Below, in pieces: positions 17,767 through 36,413 of a stretch of 64,000 nucleotides of DNA (position 1 is the stretch's first letter; the number at the start of each line of letters is the position of its first letter). The notes below the pieces were generated by a model. The model was not told the DNA's origin. It was given only the letters and a program-made list of their open reading frames with translations, and did not search any database. Source of the stretch: the human T2T-CHM13v2.0 reference genome, Homo sapiens; the NCBI RefSeq assembly GCF_009914755.1, contig NC_060927.1. One strand, 5' to 3'. A program made the translations under genes and the position numbers.

Positions 17767-18526
17767 TGGATCCCTTTTCTTTGCAAGAGGAATGAAATTG
17801 CAAATGCTGATAATACAATGGCTTTCTCCGACACATACATAAATGTGGAAAATTTGCTAGCATAGAGATTCTGAAACCTCCCTTTCTAAATAAAGAAGAA
17901 AGCAGAGTGTTCACAAAAAGCACACCCTGCCCTAGAACAGCATGCACATCCTGGCCTAACAGACCTGGGAGTCAGATTTCATTACAGAAGATGTGTCAGC
18001 TAGATGATGCCTCACATGTCTTCATCCTGACATTCTGCATCCTTCTCGTTCTTCAATTTTAATTACCATAATGACAATTACAAAGTGTGTCCTGGCTGGG
18101 AGTGAGGGTGTTTCCACTTGGTTGGGTTCCCTTCCCCAATCCCCGACCATGTTACTGTGGATTACACTCTGAGGCAAAGAGAGATCAGTTTTGGCCAAGG
18201 AGGAATCTGGCCTTTGGCCAGGCCCTGAACTGTCTCCCTCTGGTATATCTTGATGTCAGTTTGTCTAATTTTACCAATAAGCCTCAGGGCCCAGAAGAAA
18301 TCAAGGCAAGGACAGGAGATCAAGATAAACATCACAAATGGCCTAATCACCTAACTGACAACTTTTGCTGTTTGGGAAAATCTTGTGAGCTAGCTAAGAA
18401 CTTGAGGGCTGAACCTGAAGTCAACATTGCATTGAACTCTGAAACCCACTTGGTTGCAATTAGCCAGGGGCAGGGTTGGTGTTTTTTTTTGTTTGTTTGT
18501 TTGTTTTCCTGCAGTGAATTATTACT

Positions 18527-18666
18527 TTTTTTTAAATTTTATTTATTTATTGAGACAGAGTCTTGCTGTGTTGCTCAGATTAGACTCAGACTCCTGGGCT
18601 CAAGCAATCCTCCTGCCTAATCTTCCTGAGTCCCTAAGATTACAGGTGTGTGCCACAGTGCCCAGC
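18527..18666 (-). mobile_element. Alu monomer (FLAM-like)
   Basis: Single ~130-bp arm with T-rich tail. Confidence 0.8.
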
Positions 18667-18850
18667 AAATTAATGTGACTGTTGTGTTAGAGAGATTTGG
18701 CAAGGATGGGGCAAACAGAGGGTCACTTAAACCAAGTATGTATCTAACAGGTTCCTTTGAGTAACAAGTTCTATAAACCAGAGTTGTGCTTAAAAATTCA
18801 CAGAACATTTTTCAAGGGAAAACAGTTGAAGAGGTCTCGTGGCCATAGGT

Positions 18851-18963
18851 GGGGTAATCAATTGTCCCAGTTAGCCTGGTTCCAGGGAATTTCATGATGT
18901 GCAGGACTTTCAGTGCTCAACCCAGGACAGTCCCTGGGCAAACTTGGATGGTTGGTCACTCCA
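18851..18963 (-). mobile_element. MER94-like hAT-Blackjack MITE
   Basis: ggactttcagtgct core and ggttggtcact terminal repeat. Confidence 0.55.
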
Positions 18964-19124
18964 CGTGTACCCACAAGCCTTGGCTAATGACCATTGTTGG
19001 AGCAGAAGGGGAGCAATACTGAAGGGAGGATGGATAGGGCAAGCACTGAAAACAAAGGCCTTCAAAAAGGCTAACTTGCTCACAAGAGATCTAATTTCTC
19101 TATAGTTCAAAATTGACTGTTAAT

Positions 19125-19385
19125 GTCAGCTATTCCAAAGTGCATACAATCTACTTGGTCAACAAGGGATTTCATGATCAATGACTTCGGGAAATGCTAC
19201 AAACTCCACCAGTTCTCCTTATGGAGTCTCCACGTACATCAACACTTCAAAGGCTCTGAGAAGCCCTGCAGTAGCGAGCATATTTAGTTTAATACACTCA
19301 GTATGTCCCAAATAGATCTGACCACACAAGCCTTTTGTACTTAATGGTTATGATCACACAACTGGATACACTTTGAGAAATGGAG
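19125..19385 (-). mobile_element. MER112-like hAT-Charlie element
   Basis: aaggctctgagaagccctgcagta core; acactttgagaaatg end. Confidence 0.45.
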
Positions 19386-19714
19386 ATCCTACCCACAAAA
19401 CCATAAATGACTTAGGAAGTGCATGACTTGCATTCAGTAAGACATGCACATCTATTTCAGAAGTCAACACATTTCTCTTTGTACTCAATAAAAAGCATAT
19501 TGTAACCTGAGCTAAAATAGTTCCATGATCTATATTTATTTTTAATAAGACACTTGGAGAAAATGACTGAGATCTATACAAGATTTTAAAGTGTGAATAG
19601 AACCAGTCAGAACAGTATTAAAAAGACTAAAGACCTGAACTTGAAACGCAATCTAAAGGTAACATGTGGATGGATGCAAGAAAAGTATTTGGTATCAGAT
19701 GGATGTGAGAAAGG

Positions 19715-20110
19715 TATTCATTCATTCCATTCATTCATCTGACAAATTAATTAAGCATACATGTGCTAGGCACTGTACTAGGCCCAGAGATACAGTAGTG
19801 AACAAGAGAGAAAGACAAGGTTGCTACACTCTTCATGCCTGAGTCTTCCAATCTTAAATTTCAGTAAGGACTAAGCACAATAGTAAGAAACTGCAGGGGT
19901 ACATAGGAGATTCAGGAACTCAGATTCAGGGGGTGGTCATGAGGGCTTCTTCCAAGAGGAGGTGATGTCAAGGCTGAGACCCAGTGGGTAAAGTGTGTGG
20001 GCCCGGAGCAGTGTGTGTAGGAGTGTGGTGCTAGGCAAAGAGAGTGCTCTAGGCAGAAGGAACATGTGCAAAGGCCTGGAAGTGAAAAAGAGCTCAGAGC
20101 ATTCTCTACA
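19715..20110 (-). mobile_element. L2 3' fragment
   Basis: (cattc)n then atgtgctaggcactgtactagg...atgtgcaaaggcctggaag. Confidence 0.7.
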
Positions 20111-20582
20111 GATGCAAGTTTTGCTCCTGAGATTAGCGCTAGAATTCACTTTAGCACACAGCAGGACCTCCATACACTGTGGCTATTATTATTATTATCA
20201 TCACTATTATGCTGAGGAAGACAACCTTGCATCAAGAAGTTCAATCTGACCCTTCCTATACCTCTATATCTCCCAAGCAAGGTTGATTGCTTTGTGCTTG
20301 GTCAAATTTTATGATTCCTAAAATCTGTTTAAAGCTTACAGACTTCTCCTTCTGGAAAACAAAGCTCCCTGTGAAGGCATAAATCTACAGATTAATAAAC
20401 TCTACATTTCTGATTTCTTTTTTCCTTCATTGTACACTGGTTCCCTCCAGGTTCCAAAGAAAACAGCCCCAATGCCTGCCTCAGCAACCTTGACACTTCT
20501 TAGCTTCTTCACAAGATGCTTCCTGCAGCCCAAGACCCTCAGGGCAGGTGAATGTCAGCAGAAGCTTACTGGGCCACTTGAA

Positions 20583-20913
<331 letters not shown>

Positions 20914-21085
20914 TAACCCACAACCACTGATTCAAGTGTGACTTCCCCAAGTGGTAAAGCACAGATGCGCTCCTGATGGAGACTTTGATTAGTAAAACCA
21001 ACCCTAACAGCGTCCGTTCTGGAGGCCAGAGCATGTATCCATAATAGGACATTTAACAGCAGGGGCTACCCAGGGCAACACTTAC

Positions 21086-21152
21086 CCCTCTGAAATTCCA
21101 GGCTTTAGGAGAGGGAAACATGGGAAAGTTGTTTTGCCGCTGCCGTTTAGGC
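21086..21152 (-). CDS. ARHGEF3: ARHGEF3 (XPLN) internal coding exon of the long N-terminal isoform, 67 bp, phase 2 in / phase 0 out, (R)PKRQRQNNFPMFPSPKAWNFRG
   Basis: Minus strand: acceptor cattgtcttttctcttctag|G at 21153, donor GGG|GTAAGT at 21085; open frame G CCT AAA CGG ... AGA GGG; peptide recognised from memory as the ARHGEF3 long-isoform N-terminus (...EENKERPKRQRQNNFPMFPSPKAWNFRGRKRKQ...). Confidence 0.92.
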
Positions 21153-21936
21153 CTAGAAGAGAAAAGACAATGTATTCATTATTCAGTGGTTGGATATTCA
21201 GAGGAAGTCACTGCTTTCAAATGCAGGTTTATCAAAAAGAGAGATGCCTCAAGAAATGGCCCAAACAAGGTGGATGGAGTTTTCAACAGCTCTGCAATCT
21301 TCAGCAGCCAAATTCACCCCAAACTCCTTCTCAGTTCCCCAGCAGGAAAGTCCCAGAGTCCCTTAAAATAGCCCTTCATCTGTATAAAGTAAAATAAAAT
21401 CTAACACGCAACCTGGATGCAATAAAAAAGTCAGACCAGACTCCCAATCTTTGTCTTGAATTTTCACATAGACTCAATTCCCACATGGACACTATCAGGA
21501 GATGTATAGCTTCAGCTCAGCCTGGAACTCTCCCTTGTCACACAGACATGCTGGGGAGTTCCAACAAGGGGTACATTTGAGCTCCAGGTTTTTAAAGCAA
21601 CCATCAACGGGACATTTAGCCCCCGCGTAACAAGCTGAAACTGGTTTCCTCACCTGTTAACCTCTCAACATGAATCAATTTCCTTAGAGGCAGTGGAGGC
21701 AGCTTCAAGACAGACCAGCACAAAGAGACTCCAGGCACACCAGAAGCACCTTATTTCTGTCTCCTAATCAAATTTTGTAGCTGCCAATATAACTACAGGA
21801 ATACCTTTTTCAATATTTTTATGGATAAATTACTCCCCTAAAACATGTGATGTCTGTCAATATGGATATTCAGATTTCATGTTTGCTGAAAAGCATCTCT
21901 GAAAAGCATCCACCTTGGACTTTTCCTGGGGCTTTA

Positions 21937-22266
<330 letters not shown>

Positions 22267-23329
22267 TTACACAATAGTCACTTTTACCTTGACCTTTCTG
22301 CTGTAATCAGCAATAATGCAAGGCAGAAAGCATGTAGTGACCAGTGTACAGGCTTTGTGGTATGTTAGAGCTGAGTAAAAATCTTGATTGCTCTACCATA
22401 CAAAAGAGATAAAATACAAGGTAATTACAATAATAGCAGCAACTAACCAATACTGAGCACTTTAAAAAGCATATGCTAATATTTTACATAGTTAATCCCA
22501 TGACTCTCACCCTGTGAGTTAGGATGCATTATTGTACCCATTTTATAGATAAGAGCACTGACGCCTAGGGATATTAAGTGCTTTGATTCTGATCACACAG
22601 ATGAAATTGGGATTCTGTTCTTAGTTGTCTGACCTCAAATACCATGGTGTTTATTAGCGCTGTGACTCTGAACACGAGGCTTAATTTCTTGAGCTTTGGT
22701 TTTCTTACATGCAAAACAGGGGAAATAATACCCTCTGTGTTGAGTCAAGATGAGATGAGGACTCTAACTCTGGTTCTGTCATTGCTGTTTTTACCAGCTG
22801 TCAGCGTGGTGCCCCTGTCCCCCTTTCTCTCTCAACACCTAGCTCCAAGAACAGCATTCAACCCAGGATGCAGGGCTGACACAGAAGAGCCAGGGCAACT
22901 CACCAAAACTATGGGAACTCCCACCTGATGTGCCTTTAAACCAGGCCCCCTCCTGCCTCAACCTCCTCTTCACCCACACGTAAGCAATAAAAACCCAGGC
23001 TAATAAGATCGCAAGACAGAGAACATGTGGGTGGTTATTTATGTTTCATACCCTTCTCCATTAAGTTACATGTTGGCCTAAGTCCTTCTGAAAATAAATG
23101 TCTGTTTTAAAACAAAATTTTTGGATTTCAACAATACTTCTCCCTGGATACCACTCCCTTCCCTCTCAGTCATAACTGGGCTTTGCTTTCCTAACTATTT
23201 GATGGAATTCATTGCTTCTAAAGTAACAATATATACCAGAACATTCTGAGTAAATGTGTCTTTATCTTACATGTTGCAATCCACAGAAGATCACACATAA
23301 TGTCAATTATCACAATAATTAACACAGAT

Positions 23330-23690
23330 TCAATTACAGATGTGCCCAGGACTAAGCACTTTAGGTACTCTAAGTCTCACAATAATCTTATAAGGTAGCT
23401 TATTATGTTATAATGTAAATACATGACATACAGACAGCATTATAACAGTGTTATATAACATTTTATACACAATATATTATAATGGCATTACATACATTTA
23501 AATAAATAATCTTACATCATAATTTTATATAACATTATGTAATATGATATAGTGGGAACATTGTCACTACTGCATTTTATAGATGAGATAAACTGAGGCT
23601 CAGAGAGGTTAAACCACATGCCAGAAGTCACACAGCTATTTGGTGGCCAATTTGGGATTCAAACCCAGATGTGTCTGACTCCAGATCCAG
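23330..23690 (-). mobile_element. MIR with internal AT-rich patch
   Basis: ttttatagatgagataaactgaggctcagagaggttaa...gtcacacagcta...ggattcaaacccag. Confidence 0.7.
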
Positions 23691-23938
23691 AGGATGCAGT
23701 CCCTCTCACATGAAGAGAAGTCCCCCCAAACAGGGCAAAGCATACCCCTGAAAGAAAGCTGCCTGGGGGTTCCTTGTGGGAGGGCAGCAGCTTAGCAGGG
23801 CTTCCCACCATCAGGCCTCATAGCCAAAGAAAAAGCATCAGAGCAAATCTGTCCATTCGGGATACTGTTGGGCAACTTAAGTGTCCCTGTCAGCTGGAGA
23901 AGCTGCCAGGAGACCTACCGAGAGAAGGGCTGTCCCTA

Positions 23939-24322
<384 letters not shown>

Positions 24323-26333
24323 AATGTTTGAAAATTATATCCTGATACCATAATAGCCTCCTGATAATTTCCTCCTTCTCCCCAGCCAAACACTACCACC
24401 CAGGTGGCTTTAATGCACAGATTCAGGGAAGGAGAACCATACTGATGAGAAGGCTTCTTGATGAAGCTGGTGAAGGATCCTAGCAGCATAAAGTGCACCA
24501 TCACGGAAGCACCAACACCAGGTCCTCACCAAAGGAGGGGCCTCTCAGTCCTGGGTATATTTCTTCTATTGTAGAAGCAGTATTTTGCACAATCAGCAAA
24601 AGTCCAAGTGAGAAAATAGCACTTGATGCTGCAGGTTTCCCAGACACAAAGACACTCAGCTGAGCTTCTGAACAAGGCTTGGAGGGCGTGTCTATCGTCT
24701 GTGTCCAGCCCTCAGGCTCCTCATGTGAGCAGGCTGTGCATGGTGTACACACATGGTTACAAAGCACAGCCTTCTGTCTAGGCAGCATTTCCCAGTGTCT
24801 CACAGATGTCACAAGGATAAGTATGACCACTTCCATAGAGGGATTCACAGGAAAGCCAGGGATGGGTGAGCAGCAAGAGAGAAACTTCCAAGATTGTTGG
24901 AGGGGTTGGAGTTGGGGGGCTGCTATTGTGGAGGGAGGTTACAACCTTACAAAAGGTGGGAAAGAAAAGCCACAAGCTCCCCACCCTTGGGAAAGCTCAT
25001 AATAGAAATGGAGAAATGCCCACAGTAGCAAAGAAAAATCAGCATTCAAGGTTCAGTTAGGGAATGATCTCAAATTCAAGTGTATGTGTCTGGAATCAAA
25101 CAGAATAAGGTCAGCAGCAATAGGCCTTAGGGTTAGTGCAGAATTTATTTTCCCACCATGTGAAAACAAATGTGACTGTTTCTCGTCACCTTGAGAAGAG
25201 GTTTAGCGACCACTTATACAACAGCTTCTTAGTATGGGTTCAGAATTGAACATGTATTTAGACTGCTCCTGCTGTCTGCGCACTGTGTGGGGCTCAGAAC
25301 ATGGTGTTTAGGGAAGAGCCAGCTTGGGGTTCTAATAGTGGCTCCCTCCCTTTCTTGGTGGGGGACTTCAAGCAAGTTCCCTACTCTCTACTCCCTCTGA
25401 GCCTCCATTTTCTCATCTGTAAAGTGGGGCTAATAATCCCTTTTCACAAAATTGAAGGAATAAATTCATGTACTAAAAAAAATGGCTAGCAGGGAGTCTG
25501 GCACTTAGTAGGTACTCAAATTAGCTATTATCATTATGAGAAGACTCCTTCTTTAACCCAGTAAGGGTAAATGTTAGTTACCATTATCATTGGTGAGGCT
25601 CATATTGGAGGGCCAATGAAATTTACATCTCACTCTTAAGGACTGGGTAAAATATACACAAAAGAAAACAAAGGCTTCAATGTGTTATGAATATTTGTTT
25701 TAGATAACAACATGGCCACAAATCTGGACCTGAGGTAACCATGAAAAGAGACTTCTCTTTTCTAATTTCCTAACTCCACTTTCCCTTCTCAAAGACTACC
25801 ACCTTCGTCAGCAAGTTGTATATGTTTTAAATATTTTACTGTCTGAATTCTTAACCCAGAACATCTTGCTAACGAAACTTTTTTCGTCTTTTCTCGTTTT
25901 ACCTCTCTTTATCCATCAGAACAATTGTAGCATAACTAGAAAAATCAAACAGCTATATTTTTTAAGAGAAATCTGTGCCGAATGTGGTACCACCTGTGCC
26001 AGGTATTTTTATTCTGATTGAACCACTTAAGAAGATAATGGCTTCTTTCACTTAAACATCTTTTTAGTTTCTGTTTTTAGGACATAGTTGATGAGAGACT
26101 GGCAGGTGTTTAGCCAGGTGAAGACCCAATTCTTTGTGGAGAAGCTCACTGTGAAGAGGTAGTTTGCAGAATAGAAAGCTCATCACTTTGGCCTGTCTCT
26201 CTCTTGAACAAAGGGACATCCCAATAACATTTCTATGGCTCAATGAGTCACACTCAGCTTCATTCTACTCATGCCATGGCTGCAACTCCAACTCTTTATT
26301 TCCTCATAAATTACGGGAAAAAAGAATCACAGA

Positions 26334-26635
<302 letters not shown>

Positions 26636-27129
26636 TCACAGAACCTCAGAAATGGTCAGCTGGTACAATTTCTCAGTCACTAGCTGAATCCTCTTTCCAG
26701 CAGTCCAGCTGAGAATGGCCCCTTAAAGAGAGCCCTCACCTTTGGAGAATGGGTCTGTACTCTACTCGTGGGAGCTCACCCACTAATTTATTCACCAATA
26801 TTATTGAGCAGCTACTACATGTCAGGCATGGTGCCAGACATTAGAGATCAGCAGTGGACAAGAAATTCAGTTCCTGCTTTCATGTCCTCACAGGGCATTC
26901 AGATCCACCCTGTTCCCCTCCAAAAAATTACAACATGGCAAATTGCTTTTTTTTAAGTGGTAGTGAGGAGTGCCGCAGGGTCTCGACCAAAGTTTGAGGA
27001 GCCAGAAAGACCTCCCAGAGAAAATGAGGCCTCTCTGAGACCTAACAGAGAAGAAGGACTCAACAGGTGATGAGAAAAGGGAAAAGTAGGCCAAGCCAAA
27101 GGAAAACCATGCTAAAAAGGCAGAAGGGA

Positions 27130-27830
27130 AAAGACAAACAAAATAGACATTAAATAGATAAAACTGGCCAAATTCAAAAAGAGGTGGAAAGGACACTAAT
27201 AAATACTGTTATGAATAGGGTCACATAACTACAGATTAAATAGCAATTAAAATTTAAAGCTTCTCAGTGCTTTGGGTGGCCAAGGAAGGAGGATCGCTTG
27301 AGGCCAGGAGTTCCAGACCAGCTTGGGCAACATAGCAAAACCAACTCTACAAAAAAAATTTTTTTTAATTAACCAGGCATGGTAGCATGAGCCTATAATC
27401 CCAGCTACTCAGCAGGCTGAGGTGGGAGGACTGCTTGAGCCTAGGAGTTCAAGGCTGCAGTCAGGGATGATAATGTCACTGCACTCTAGTCTGGGCAACC
27501 ATAAGAAGGCCCCATTTTAACAAATAAATAACGACTACAATAAGAATGTTATCAATAGTTTTATGGCATTAAATTTGAAAACTTAAAGAAAATGCAGAAA
27601 TCCCTAGGAAAATATAACTTATTAAAACTGTCCCAAGAAGAAATAGAAAGCCTGAATAGCCTTATAATTAATAAAGAAATGAGAGAAAATGTCAGCCCCA
27701 GACAGTTTAACTAATGGATTCTACCGAACTTTCCAAAGAAAAAACAAAAACCAGATCATTTCAATCTTATACAAACTTCTATAGAAGATAAAAAGCATCA
27801 AGAGTTAAGAGGTAAATAAAGGAGAATATA
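27130..27830 (+). mobile_element. Old L1M ORF2 fragment split by an AluJ
   Basis: aaatttgaaaactta...aaaactgtcccaagaagaaatagaaagcctgaatag resembles ancient L1 ORF2. Confidence 0.6.
27263..27532 (+). mobile_element. AluJ, 5'-truncated
   Basis: J-type dimer lacking the first ~30 nt. Confidence 0.85.
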
Positions 27831-27881
27831 GCACATGTGAAGAACTGGAAGAAGTATGACAACTTTAATGTTTATCGATAA

Positions 27882-28210
<329 letters not shown>

Positions 28211-29100
28211 ACTACATTCATTTTTATAGTGGAAGATCATGTAGAACTATATGGTAATAAAAAAGCTCAAAAAAAGAAAAAAATGAAAATCCAAGTTATA
28301 GGAGATATACATGATATGATATGATATATTATTTAGAAACACACAAAATACTACTCTATTGTTTATAGTCATATACATGTAATAAAAATGTAAAAACTCC
28401 AGATGTTAAGACTATTTCAACCGGAGAGGAATGATTACCTCCAGGGAGAGAGGGAAGGTATAGGGCCTGGGTTGGAGCACACAAAATCTGAAGCAAATAT
28501 GACTAAATGTTGGATGTATAGTGGGTACAGAGATGAATGCTATACAAAGATACAGAATTAGGTCTGTATATGTAGGATGAGGGCCCTGGAAGGGCACAGC
28601 CCAACTGTTGACAGTGACTGATTACATAGCTGGGGTGGTATTTAGACAGCATAAATGTGGACATTATCCTTTATATTATGTATTTCTTAGTCTTTTACTA
28701 TGAAAATATATTGTGGATTTATTGCATATAATGAACATAATGCAGATTATAATAACATATATTAGCTGGTGGGGAAGGAGGCAGAAAGGCATGAGATGAG
28801 GCTGGATAGGTGGGCAAGGCTGGACAGGGAAGCAGAGTCAGGGATTTGGCCATAGGGTGATGGGGTTCCACTGAAGCATGGAGTGACATGATGAGATTTG
28901 CCTTTTAGAAAGATATCCCTGGCAAGGGAGGGGAAAAGAGAGTCAGGGGTTCAGAGTGAAAGCAGAGATAAGCTGGAGGCTACTGCAGACATCCAGACCC
29001 TGTGTGGCCTGTCTCAGGGACACTTTCAAGATTCTGAAGGCAAGGGAGTCATAGGTGTCCACTGAAACTCTTCTCAACCATTCTCCACCCTCTGTCAGCC

Positions 29101-29425
<325 letters not shown>

Positions 29426-29503
29426 TTTTTTTTTTTAAATACAGCATTATTCAACTGAAATATCATGTGAACCACATATGTAATTTAAGTTTTCTATTAG
29501 TCA

Positions 29504-30627
29504 TATATATATAGTATATACATACTTATATATAATAATATTATATTATATATTATACAAATTATATATTATATAATATATTATATATTATACAAATTAT
29601 ATATTATATAATATATTATATATTATATATTATATATTGTACATATCATATATTATATAATATTATATTATATATTATATATTATACATATTATATATTA
29701 TATAATATATTATATATTATACATATTATATATTATATAATATATTATATAATATATTAAATATATTACATAATATATAATATAATATATTATATGTATA
29801 ATATATTACATATTATGTACATTATATAATATATAATATATATTATACATAATATATTTAATTATATATTATATATGTTACATAATATATATTATATAAT
29901 ATATATTATATAATATATAAAATAGCTATTATATATAATACTTATTATATTATATATAACATAATAAACATTATATTATATATAACATATATACTGGTAC
30001 TATAATTATATATATTATATATACAATTATATATAATATATTATATTATATGATTATATATTACATATTATATAATATATATTATATAATATAATATATA
30101 TTAATTATATTATTATATAATATATAATGACATATATATAATATATAATATAAATATATAATATATAAATAATATATTATATATAATATATTATATATAA
30201 TATAAAATATATTATATATTATATATATTATATATATTTTATATTATAGTTTATATATAAAATATATAATATATATTTTAAATATAAAACATATATTTAA
30301 TATATATAAAATATATATAATATATTATATATAATATATATAATATATTATATATTTATTATATATAAAATATATATTGTATATAATATATATAAAACAT
30401 ATATTTTTATATATAATATATATAAATATATATATTATATATAATATATATAAATATATATAATATATAATATATATAAATATATATATATTATATATAA
30501 TATAAATATATAATATATAAAATATATATAATATATAATATATATAAAATATATATTTTATATATATATTATATATAATATATATAAAATATATATTTTA
30601 TATATATATATATATATAATATATATA
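29504..30627. repeat. ~1.1-kb AT-rich low-complexity (TA/TATAA/TATTA)n tract
   Basis: Almost pure A/T, seen directly. Confidence 0.97.
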
Positions 30628-30905
30628 TTTTTTGAGACATGGTCTTACTCCGTTGCCCAGGCTGGAAATGTAGTGGCGTGATGATGGCTCACTGCAGCCT
30701 TGAACTCCCCAGCTCAAGTGATACTCCCGCCTCAGCCTCCTAAGACTACAGGCACACACCAGCACAACTAGCTTTTTTTTTTTTCTGTAGAGACGGGGTC
30801 TCCCTATGTTGCCCAGGATGGTCTTGAACTCTTGGGCTCAAGCAATCCTCCTGCCTCAGCCTCCCAAAGTGCTAAGATTACAGGTGTGAGCCACCATACC
30901 CAGCC
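30628..30905 (-). mobile_element. AluJ
   Basis: J-type dimer; TSD tattagtca at 29495-29503 and 30906-30914. Confidence 0.9.
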
Positions 30906-31767
30906 TATTAGTCACATTTTAAAAGTAAAAAGGAATAGATAAGTTTAGTTTTAATAGTATAGTTTATTTAACCCAGTATATCCAGATATTATTGAACACA
31001 TAATCAACAGGAAAAAAGTGTTAGAGATACTTTATTTTTTTTCATACCAAGCCTTCAAAATCCAATGTGTATTTTACACTTATGACACATCTTCATTGGC
31101 ACCAGCCATGTTTTAAGTGCTCAGTTGTCACATGTGGCATGTGGCCATCATATTGAACAGCACAGTTATAGAAAAATAAGGCATTCCGTTTCCAATAACC
31201 TCTGACTGTGAAAATCCACTGCTCCATGTCTTAGCAGTTGGTGACAACCAAAATACATAAATTGAGAACCCCTGCTAAAAACGACGCATTCTCCAAAAGG
31301 ATGTTAGTGTCCATCTGAATTCAGAAACGTTAAAAGGACAAAATATTTTACAAAGGCTTTAGAGAGGTAGTACTACATCTGTAAATACCAAATCATCTTT
31401 AGGTCACAAATGTATAAAGATCTACTTGAACAAAGCAACAAATGAAATTCTTCCCCTAAATAGGTAATATCCCAAACAAATACATGTGCATAGTTTGCAA
31501 ATAATATAGGACTACCCTATTCAAAACAATTCCAGAATTAACTAGAGACGAGATCGAAATGATTTTTTAAATCCATGAAATTATATTTGTAGTTCCTCTT
31601 CTGTAAAACGCTTGTTCAGTTCATTTGCTCATTTATATAAAGAAGTGTTCTTTTTTTCTTATTGATTGATCAATAAGAATTTTTCATATATTCAGGACAT
31701 AGCATGTAGCAATGTGTCTGGCACATGGCTGGTATTATAATAACCCTATTGAAAAGGTACATATAAG

Positions 31768-32536
<769 letters not shown>

Positions 32537-33084
32537 AAGTGAGGGTGAAATAAAAATATTTTCGGGCAAAATAAAAGAAACATATTTAATGGAAAAAATC
32601 CACACGGAATAATGATGTGAAATAAAATCCTATTAACTACTCCAGAAGAGAAAATTCGGTAAATAAGCTGAGAAAGCAAGCATTTTAATGTGGCCTGGGA
32701 TTTGATGGAAGCGGCTTAGTGGTGGAGTTTTATCAGTACTTGTGAGAAATCAGTCCTACAAGTCCATTTCTGAGGCATATATTTACTTGAGTCACTCAAC
32801 GATGATAAGAACTCCCACACCTTCTGGCTTTCTGCATGTCCTCCCACTCCCACTTCCCCCTCCAACCCCTGCACTGTCTCTGTGCTCAGAGATTCAGCAG
32901 CAACAGCTGGTCTGTCTTCTGCTCCCACTTAAGAGCCATTTTGCTGTGTTCCCCTTCTGTATTTTAGCTTCCTGCGAAGCTTGTATCTTTAGAACAACTT
33001 TTCATGCGTGCAATCTCCCAGAAGGAGAACTGCAATAGTCACTGTCAGTGCTTCCTGAGTGCTGCCATACAGGGGCGGCTTCGC

Positions 33085-33280
33085 CCAGTAGTTAAGAGCA
33101 CAGAAGCTGGAGCCGGCTCTGCAACTCACCACCTGTGTAGCGCTGGACAAGTGACTTAATATCTCTGATTCCTAGTTCCTCCATCTGTAAAATGAAGGTA
33201 CTAACAAGACCCCCCTCTCACAGGGCTGTTGTGAGGAGTAGAGGAGTTAATATACGTAAAGCTCTTAGTGACTGGAGCAC
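33085..33280 (+). mobile_element. MIR
   Basis: gtagttaagagcacag...caagtgacttaat...catctgtaaaatg...gctgttgtgagg. Confidence 0.7.
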
Positions 33281-33848
33281 AGAAGGGACCCTGTAAGAGA
33301 GCCCTCTTCCAGGGAACCAGCTCTGGAAAGCCAGGGACTATCTGGTTTAGACTCGCTGCTGTCACTGCACTCCTTGCAGCTAATAGGAGCTTAATAAATA
33401 ATGAGAATGAATTCATGGTGCGGCCCTCAGTAAGTCTGTGGTCACCAATACACAGGGTAGGCTTCCATACACGATGAAAGAACATGAATACAACATATGC
33501 ACTTCAGAGAGAGACAGAGAAGAACATGCATAGTGGAAGCCATCTCATGGGGTCTTCTAAGCGCCCGGCAGGGACCCCGAAGCAAGCCTGACATGGGGCT
33601 GTGGATCTGTATTCACCCCAGTCATCTCCTTTTCCCCAGGCGTCTCTCAGGCCGTGCTGGATCCTTTATAAATAAGCACTTTTGGAACAAAAAGGCCCTC
33701 AAATGCCAACCAACTTCTCAGTCTGGTCTGGAGCTGTCCAAATGAACAGCATTGAAGAGGATACCGGCCATGAGGGATTTAATGAGAGATGGACAGTCAG
33801 GCCCCAACATGACCCTTTCCCAGGGCTTTTAAGAGCACTTTGGGTTAA

Positions 33849-34167
<319 letters not shown>

Positions 34168-34673
34168 TTATACATGATTTTCACCTTACTAACCCCACCT
34201 GGTGTGGTTCCCTTGTCTCCTCATCCAGGAGAGAGTATCTGCCCACAGCACATTCATATCCCAGACACTCCTGAGAGACCTTATCTCATCATAACAAACG
34301 CACCAGGACTCCTATCTATTTCCTTATTTCAAGTCCATGGATGGGCCTTGGGTTGCTCATTCACATTTCTGTGTGTTGGTCAGCTACGATAAACACTTCT
34401 AGAACCAATTCAGGCCACCACAGGGAGAGAACGGTAACCCAAGGTGGTCAGAAGCATGGGCTCTGCAGTCTCCAAGACCTGGGTTCAAGCCCAAGTCCAT
34501 CAAATTACTTTGGACAACTTATACAACTTTCCCAGTCTTCAGCTTCCAACTTGAAAATGGATATGATAAGACTTAGACCTCCTAGGGTTGCTTTGAGAAG
34601 TAAATAAATAATTCCTATAAAGCACTGCGCCAACTACCTGGTTCACACCAAGTACATAATAAATGTTGGCTTT

Positions 34674-36050
<1,377 letters not shown>

Positions 36051-36150
36051 AGCTTAGAGATACTTGTCCAAAGATACCTAAGAAGCATTATTCATATAAA
36101 ATACAAATTGACAGAGAGCTTAGGTATTGGTCAGTCCACCGAAGTCATTA

Positions 36151-36413
<263 letters not shown>

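Larger units (their letters stand above)
29442..31165 (+). mobile_element. MER33 (hAT-Charlie) interrupted by an AluJ and its expanded tail
   Basis: cagcattattcaactgaaatatcatgtgaaccacatatgtaattt ... catgtggcatgtggccatcatattgaacagcacag. Confidence 0.75.

Noticed and set aside
24340-25060. Unique-looking block with overlapping 100+ aa ORFs, possible processed pseudogene
   Set aside because: No recognisable protein similarity, poly(A) tail or TSD
29504-30627. CRISPR-like array or true long palindrome (PATRR)
   Set aside because: No repeat-spacer structure, eukaryotic context; I could not identify a single symmetry centre by eye
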